Source: Eledone cirrhosa (lineage: Eukaryota). From it: 64,000 bases of DNA. A program made the translations under genes and the position numbers. The DNA is taken from contig OZ024742.1 of assembly GCA_964016885.1 (NCBI GenBank), positions 171,802,001 to 171,866,000 on the forward strand, in the 5' to 3' direction. Of this stretch, positions 56,673-64,000 are shown one piece after another; within the stretch, counting starts at the first letter, position 1; each line of letters begins with the position of its first letter. The notes below the pieces were generated by a model. It was not told the origin of the DNA and made no database searches. It saw nothing but the letters and a program-made list of their open reading frames with translations.

Positions 56673-58638
56673 AATATTAAATAAATGGAAACTATATTTA
56701 TAAAACCATATTTATTTCATTATATATATTTCAGGGATATCATATTAACAATATGCTATGCCTTCCTCAGACAAAATACAATATAAACAGTTTTATAGAT
56801 AAATAGATTCGACATACCGTAACAACATCTACTTGCATTTGAGAAGGTTGATTTGGTAGTGACAAAATTGTACACAGAGAGAAAGAAAGAGAGAGAGAAA
56901 GAGAGAAAAAGAGAGAAAAGAGGAAAGAAAGACAGAAAACGAAGAAAAAGAAAAAGAAGAAATGCATGGAACAAAATAGAGAGATGGAAAGATAGATAAA
57001 GAGAAGAACTTCATGTAAAGAAACAGAAAGAGATATATATATAGAGAGAGAGAGGGAATAGAGATAGATACATATATATAGAAAGCTAGGTAGTGGGACG
57101 TCTGTTAAATAACGTATCAATGATACATTTATTTATTTATTTATTTATTTAGCTCTAGTATTAATGTAAGGGAGATATATGGAGGGAAAACCAGCTGTTA
57201 TATAGGGAGAGAAAAAATATAGAGAGAGAGAAAAAGAGAGAGAAAAAATTCAAAAATATCCAGACACAGGCGAGGCGTAAAAACCTCTGTTTTAATGTAG
57301 AGGTATTAGTATTTACAAAACCAGCCTCTACATTGTAAATATCAGTATTCCTGAATGAGATATGTATCCACAATGTGTGAAAATTAATGATCTTATGTTT
57401 AGTTTTTAAAAAAAATTCATATGTTTATGTGATAATTACAAACATCTATGTGAATGTACATGATCAATTCTGCAAACCCCAAGTTCACGGAAAGTATTCT
57501 CAATGCGGTATAAAAATTTAAGTATACATATATGTGTATATAAAGTCAATATTACTATTTCTGTCTCTACTCTACAAGATTATCTATCAAGCAAAAATAG
57601 AGCAGATTTCAATATACTAATAAAAATAAAAATATATATCGGAAACAAAACTAAAAATAAAAATAACAATAATAATAATAAGTAATAATAAAATAGAAAA
57701 CTAAGAAATATTACAAAAGAATATTACATATTAAAAATATTACATATTAAAAAATTTACATATTAAAAATATTAAAAATAAAAATATTAGGAAATACTAC
57801 AATAATAAAAATAAAATAAACCACAAAGATCAACCCTTCAAAATTAATTGACAATATATTGCCAAGTTCATTATAAACATCAGAGTCGAAAAACAGATAA
57901 AGCCAAAAATTATCTATCAAATCGCATCTAGTAAAGATCATTTCAAAAAAGTATAGGATGCCCAATTTGGTCTACATGTGTTCTTATATTTAATATAGAA
58001 GTTTATCTAGTGTAACGTTTATTCGAAATATTTGGATCATCAACTTTTAGGGTAGCTTAATTTTTCATGAAGAATGTTTAAATAAATAAAATAAAAATAA
58101 AAAGAATAAAAAGAGAATCAAAGATTTATCGGCTAGTTTCCCATATAATTATAAATCAAACTAAATATACTACATTTTAAATTTAAATTTATATTTAAAC
58201 GTTGAGTTTAATCTATGTTTGCAACAACTGAATAAATTTGTCCGTAGATTAAGGGAATTTTTAGATTTTAGTATAAAGAATATCTCCTCTGCGCAGAGGT
58301 CACATGTCTCAGAGGATGAATTAAAAGGAATCCCTCTTGAGACTATATTCCAAGCCGTCGAATATCTAACGTTATCTAGCTTAAGTTGCCATAGTACGCC
58401 TGATAGTGCCGTTGAATCTATTTATCTATGAAACTGTTTATATTGTATTTTGTCTGAGGAAGGCATAGCATATTGTTAATATGATATCCCTGAAATATAT
58501 ATAATGAAATAAATATGGTTTTATAAATATAGTTTCCGTTTATTTAATATTGTAAATATACTCCAAATATTTGTCGAGTGCTTTTATATCAGTTATAAAT
58601 ATTTACTACTTGTAACCCAACAATTTAAATATAACTTT

Positions 58639-58640
<2 letters not shown>
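56669..58640 (-). mobile_element. 5'-truncated Hydra-like PLE with long 3' UTR and inverted pLTR at its 5' end
   Basis: Minus 58412-58170 translates TALSGVLWQLKLDNVRYSTAWNIVSRGIPFNSSSETCDLCAEEIFFILKSKNSLNLRTNLFSCCKHRL..* (LS..W.LK..W.I..C.LC..E..I..LN.R....C.H pattern). 56669-56812 is inverted at 58411-58555. Confidence 0.75.
58446..58511 (+). ncRNA. Type I hammerhead ribozyme (mirror copy on minus at 56713-56778)
   Basis: TATTTTGT-CTGAGGA-AGG...CCT-GAAA-TATATATA-ATGAAATA; 8-bp stem I with G-U pairs and palindromic stem III. Confidence 0.75.
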
Positions 58641-58676
<36 letters not shown>

Positions 58677-58993
58677 GCATGTATATATGTATGTATATGT
58701 TTATATATATAGATATGCATATATATATATATATTAATATTTGTGTATATGCAAATATGTATATATATATACATATGTATGTATATATATATATATACAT
58801 ATATAAATATATATATATACATACATATGTATATATATATATATATACATATTTGCATATACACAAATATTAATATATATATATATATGCATATCTATAT
58901 ATATAAACATATACATACATATATACATGCACGTGTATATATATATATATATATATATATGTGTATGCCTGTCTGCATACATATGTATATCTA

Positions 58994-59049
<56 letters not shown>

Positions 59050-59674
59050 CATATGTATGCACACAGGCATACACACATTATATATATATATATATATGTA
59101 CACACAAACATATGTATATATGTGTGTGTGTGTGTGTGTGTGTGAGTGTGTGGCTGTGGTTGTGTGTGTGTGTGTGTGTATGTATGTGTGTGTGTATGTA
59201 TGTATAAAAATCCCATCACATAGGTTTGAATAGCAGGCAAATAGATTCAGAACTATTTAGCTATGTAGTACAAGAAATGTGTTATGAAAGTAATATTGGT
59301 TAAATTCAGTTTATCGGAAATTACTTGGGAGTAAAATATCTGTCTATAGAGATTAGTCTCATTACCCAACCAAAAATGACAGGATGAAAGAACGTAATTA
59401 AGATTTAAATGAATGCATTTCACCTGGATTAATTAGCTAAGTAGATCTGAAAATTATGGTTAATTTCCGTTCTCAATTAATTGAGATCTAATTAGAGAAA
59501 CTTTGCAGTATATTGCATAATCTTTCAGCAAATTTTCAAAGAATAGATAATAAATTGTAGTATAGGAGACAGGGAGGGAGTCGTTACTTTGTAGACATTA
59601 GTGCGCCATATTATGTGTTGAACGTTATATTCAACAACGTAATTTAAAAACAGCAAGTAAGTGTGTTTGATCAC

Positions 59675-59816
59675 CTTATTATATGACTGTGCCATATTAA
59701 CTGTTTTTTCGCCGTTGCTGATACTATGTGCTGGAAATATTGTCTCGTAGAATAAATTGAGATTCGAGCTCAGGGCCCATAGAATCAGATTAGACACCAC
59801 AAAGGATCTTGTCTGA
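59675..59816 (-). CDS. Exon of host gene (alternative donor at 59588)
   Basis: gttttaaag|T CAG ACA...AAT AAG|gtgatc; phase 2->0, in frame with the upstream exon across a 79-nt intron. Confidence 0.55.
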
Positions 59817-59895
59817 CTTTAAAACAATTCAGCAAATCCAGGACCAAATCAGCCCATACTGGAACTTTATGTACTGAATCCAAAATGTTGAATAC

Positions 59896-60097
59896 CAACG
59901 TTGTGATGTTAAGTCGGGAAAGGAATCGGAATTGATACACAAGCATTTAATCTGATCCTCTAAACACTCTGTAAATACGGCGCTATTTTTAACAGACACA
60001 CAAACACTGCAGCAACAAAAGCATTTTAATAACAACGTTTGGTATTCAATATCTTTAATTCCATGATTTAGCAACTTCTTCATAGAGCTAAACGTTA
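59896..60097 (-). CDS. Exon of host gene
   Basis: tactgtttcag|TA ACG...CGT TG|gtattc; 202 nt open: TFSSMKKLLNHGIKDIEYQTLLLKCFCCCSVC...DLTSQR. Confidence 0.55.
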
Positions 60098-60194
60098 CTG
60101 AAACAGTATCAAATCAATTTGTGGATGCTCTAAAGTATAGGATAACTGTTGGCAATATCCATATGTATATGTACGCATGTTTGTACGCACACGC

Positions 60195-60247
<53 letters not shown>

Positions 60248-60424
60248 ATATATATATATATATATATTTTATACACACACACACATATATATTTTATTTT
60301 GATCATGCATTTATTTTTATTTTTATTTTTATTTTCATTTACACCGTTTCTTCCCACCCCCTTTTTGCTATATGTCTCTCCACCACTCCACTACACACCC
60401 TTTGAACTCTCTTCCCACACACCT

Positions 60425-60460
60425 TTCACCTGAAGAAGGGATTATGCCCGAAACGTCGTT
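60425..60460 (+). ncRNA. Minimal HHR motif in a separate PLE-type 3' end (~60345-60538)
   Basis: CTGAAGA-aGGGattatgCCC-GAAA-CGTC; stem I has only 2 bp locally. Confidence 0.6.
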
Positions 60461-60542
60461 CCCCACCACCACCCCACTCTCAAGAGCGTGAAATTAATAA
60501 ACATTCGTTGTTTTGTTCCTGTTAAAATGTTCCATTATATAT

Positions 60543-61709
60543 ATGTACTCTCGTTATGTAGACGATATCAATATAGTTATAAGAACACCCCCACTAGAGA
60601 GCACTAACAAGTTTGATTTAGAACGTAGCACGATGGAAAGCATCCAGCAGATAGCTAATTCCATACACCAGAGTATAACTGTAACTATAGACTTCCCTTC
60701 CAAACACCCTAACAATAGACTACCTGTATTAGACACAGAACTCTGGATTAACACTATAGACGAGAGAGCCCAAATTCTCCACTCACACTATGCTAAACCC
60801 ATGGCCTCCAAATACCTGATACTCAAAAACTCAGCAATGTCCAGTAGTGCTAAGTTTAATATTCTGATCGCAGATTTGGTACGAGTGATGAAGAATGTGT
60901 CCAGCATGTGCGACCCAACAGAAATGGAAGGACACATCCAACACTTCATCAACCGCATGCAGTTCTCTGGCTACAACCAAAGAGACAGAGTCAGAGTATA
61001 CGAAGGAGCCATGGAAAAGTATAAGACCCTCATAGAACTGGACATGAAAGGAATTTGCCCACTATACAGGAGCAAATCATGGAATAGCTTAGATAGGGCT
61101 AGACATAAGATAGGGAAGGCCACATCATGGTACGACAACCAGAGATATCAGAGTGTCATGTTTGTGGACGCCACCCCTGGAGGGAAATTAGCTAACCAGT
61201 GTAGAAAGGCCCTGAGAAAGACCCACTTAAAAATAAAGGTGGTAGAAAAGCCAGGAACCACCATAAAATCCCTGATCAGCAAAACCTACCCTTTTAAGAA
61301 AACCCACTGTACCAATAGGAAATGTATCATATGTAAGGTGAACCCCCGGATAAACTGTAAAACTAGAAACGTAGTCTATAGCATAAGATGTACAGAGGGT
61401 ACTTGCAGAAACACGACAACAACATACATAGGTGAGACAGCTCGTAGCATAGGTGAAAGGATAGACCAACACTGGGGGGAACTAAAAGGACGAAAAAACG
61501 GGTCAGTACTATACGAACATGCTAGACAACATCATGACGGTAACATAGACAACATGGAAATTAGAATAATATCTAAACATAGGAATGACCCAGCAGATAG
61601 GCAAATCAGAGAGGCCAGTGAAATAGAAATTAGAAGACCAAAGCTAAACAGAAAGAATGAGTGGAACAACAACAACACCCAAACACCCAAACAAACAACA
61701 CTGACCTAA
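60543..61709 (+). CDS. PLE polyprotein C-half: RT (YVDD), thumb, Cys-rich linker and GIY-YIG endonuclease; 5'-truncated
   Basis: SRYVDDI; LPVLDTELW; CTNRKCIIC...CKTRNVVYSIRC...YIGETARS...R..QH; RQIREA..I....LNRKNEW. Begins right after a TA run. Confidence 0.92.
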   Translation: MYSRYVDDINIVIRTPPLESTNKFDLERSTMESIQQIANSIHQSITVTIDFPSKHPNNRLPVLDTELWINTIDERAQILHSHYAKPMASKYLILKNSAMSSSAKFNILIADLVRVMKNVSSMCDPTEMEGHIQHFINRMQFSGYNQRDRVRVYEGAMEKYKTLIELDMKGICPLYRSKSWNSLDRARHKIGKATSWYDNQRYQSVMFVDATPGGKLANQCRKALRKTHLKIKVVEKPGTTIKSLISKTYPFKKTHCTNRKCIICKVNPRINCKTRNVVYSIRCTEGTCRNTTTTYIGETARSIGERIDQHWGELKGRKNGSVLYEHARQHHDGNIDNMEIRIISKHRNDPADRQIREASEIEIRRPKLNRKNEWNNNNTQTPKQTTLT

Positions 61710-62289
61710 GAGAAGTATAAATAAATAAGTAAATTAAATTAAATAAAATAAGATAAATAAATACATACACAAGCACATAAACACACACTAGTCACCCAGC
61801 AGACACAACACTATACACACTAGTCACACATCACACATAACACTATACACACACGCAAACGCATGCGCAAAGAAGACAAAATAAAATAAGATAAACAAAC
61901 AAGCAAATAAATAAATAAATATATAGACAGACTGAACAAAAAAAAAAATGGCGTAGACATACAACACAACAGGAGGAACAATGAATATAACACCACTGAC
62001 GATGTTGCAGATGTGCAACGAAAGATTTATGTAAACTATATATATATGTGTTTGTCTATATTGTATCTGTATTATTTTTGACCGCCGGTCAGTCAATGGC
62101 AACATTGAGGACCGAGTAAGTTAGATCGCAGATATATATATATAAAAGACAGCGAGAAGCGAAAACCAACCAAACAGTGAGTGTGTTCTGTTATTAATTC
62201 TGGCAATATTACGCAAATATGACCCTCCCCAAATATAACAATATCTGTTTCGACACACGATTTCATATAAAAAATCTCGCAAAACTAAT
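61710..62289 (+). mobile_element. 3' UTR/pLTR of the upstream PLE, serving as 5' pLTR of the tandem downstream copy
   Basis: Homologous to the ends of the copies at 9348-9710 and 22584-23090; overlaps the downstream ORF start at 62219. Confidence 0.85.
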
Positions 62290-64000
62290 TCATCGCCGCT
62301 ATGGCATTAACTTGTGCCAAGCTGAAAGGTTATTGAAAGACACTGTTTTCTGTTATATAAAAACTACAATAACAGCAGAACAAATCCGCTTCTTATAACA
62401 CTGTGTTTCCTCCAAAACATACACAACAAACATATCAAAACAAGTAAATAATTTATTATTGAACAAAACACAAGCTGAACGGCTAAAACACACAATAACA
62501 GTTAATATGAAAAGAACAACATACACAAAAGTCAACGCACTCTACAGACAAAAACGCATCAACGGTAAGGAAATCCGAAATCTCATCACAGCAAACGAGA
62601 GAGATGACTTCATGAGCGTCATCCGACGCGAAACGAAATATGCTCAAAACGAATGCTGTAGGCATTTCAAGAAGAAATTAGAATGGATGAATAAGAAAAA
62701 ACTACAAGAAAGGAAAATCGAATATTCTCAAAAATACCCAGATAACATCGACAACATCCGTATGAGTGATGTAAAACTACCGGAAGAATTTACCAATGAC
62801 CACACAGTAAATATCTATGGGAACACTTTAATCAGTGAACAAGAACAACAAATCCTAAAGTTACCACCAAAATTTGCCATCTACAAAAAGATTAATCCTA
62901 TGGAATGCAAAACGGAGCTGGAAAAGTGTTTCACAAAAATACGTTGGAATGCAAAGGTAAACAACAACAACAATAATAACGGTAGTAGTAATATAAACAA
63001 TAACTCTGGGTATAGAAATAACAGCCATAACCATAACAATGGCAGGAAAGTGAGAAATAGTGATAATGGTAATAATACTAGCGATAGACAGAACAACAAC
63101 AACCACAATAATAATAATAATAGAAACGTTAACCACAGACACAGCAACAGTGACCACAGTAGTAATAACGGTAACAATACGAACAACAACAACAATAACC
63201 ACAGTGCTAATAATGGAAATAGTACATGTAGCAACATCAACAAAAACAAGAAACATAATAATAGTAACAACCACAATGGTAGAAATAGCAGTAACAACAA
63301 CAACAATAACGGTGAAGTAAACAACAATACATCTAGCAATCATAACAATAATAATATTAATGCTAAGGATAGAAACAACAACAACCACCATGATAACAAT
63401 AATAGCAACACACACAACTATGACGATAGAAATAACGACAACCCCTTAGAGAAACTATTTTTCAACCCAGCTGACAAAACATATAAGATGGGTAATATCT
63501 ATCCTACGAGGTTACCCTTTAATAAAAGAGTTTGCATACCACAACAAATAGATGACGAGACGGAGGCACAGTTCACCATAGCTAGAAATAAGATTAGACA
63601 AGTAGTAGACAGGTACACTATGAGACAGAGCAGACCAGAGGCCCAACAACTTGGGATAAAACCTGTAGAAGGCTTGGTTAGCCTCAAGCAGCGCACAAGG
63701 GATGGTGAGGTAGTGTGTCTACCCACAGATAAGTCTGGTAGGATGTCAATAGATAGCATGCCGAACTACATCGAGGCAATGCAACCCCACATCACCAACA
63801 CGAGCGAAGTTGCACAACTAACACACGATGGGAGAGAAAAAATCCTCAACGCTCACATGATGATGTGGACTGACATCCTAAAGCCAAGCAGACGCACTGC
63901 CAACAACTTCCAGGCGTCTAACATTGGCATACCACCCTTGTATGGGCTCCGCAAAGACCACAAGACAGTCGACGACCCGACAATAGGACCACCAACAAGA
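62219..64000 (+). pseudogene. PLE ORF N-half (runs off window) with a single nonsense codon at 62396-62398
   Basis: Manual translation: MTLPKYNNICFDTRFHIKNLAKLIHRRYG...QIRFL*HC...LKLPPKFAIY...KIRW-(Asn-rich)-...VVCLPTDKSGRMSIDS..Y...IPPLYGLRKDHK...PTR. One frame throughout; absent from the ORF track. Confidence 0.88.

Noticed and set aside
60513-60542. ORF-track start of the 398-aa ORF
   Set aside because: These codons come from the neighbouring element tail and TA run; the PLE is 5'-truncated at ~60543.
62608-62635. CTTCATGA-GCGTCatccGACGC-GAAAC HHR-like hairpin
   Set aside because: The core is mismatched, there is no stem I, and it lies within coding sequence (DFMSVIRRETK); likely chance.

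Overview
AT-rich, microsatellite-dense metazoan DNA. The SINE and repeat content suggests an octopus or other coleoid (inference). Almost all long ORFs in the track are microsatellite artefacts. Supported content: (1) about 20 copies of one tRNA-derived SINE; (2) Tx1/L1-like and RTE-like LINE fragments; (3) a phase-consistent chain of exons from an unidentified minus-strand host gene (60097->55124, with weaker candidates further down); (4) many Penelope-like elements (PLEs). The PLEs include a Neptune-like family with RT and C-terminal GIY-YIG (partial-tandem copy at 60543-64000, whose downstream ORF is missing from the ORF track and carries a ~160-aa Asn-rich insert), a Hydra-like PLE with an inverted pLTR, and a series of short fold-back palindromes sitting in (TA)n. 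Nearly all of these carry type I hammerhead ribozyme (HHR) motifs or halves of them, about 20 in 64 kb. Most notable: in otherwise unrelated families the longer palindrome arm has an extension beginning with a shared ACTC...GAGT(A/G)C hairpin (one GCTC/GAGC covariant), and the shorter arm stops ~5-10 nt before it at a TA-like stretch. This is a candidate conserved signal for internal reverse-transcription initiation. All calls were made by eye; no searches or folding were run.
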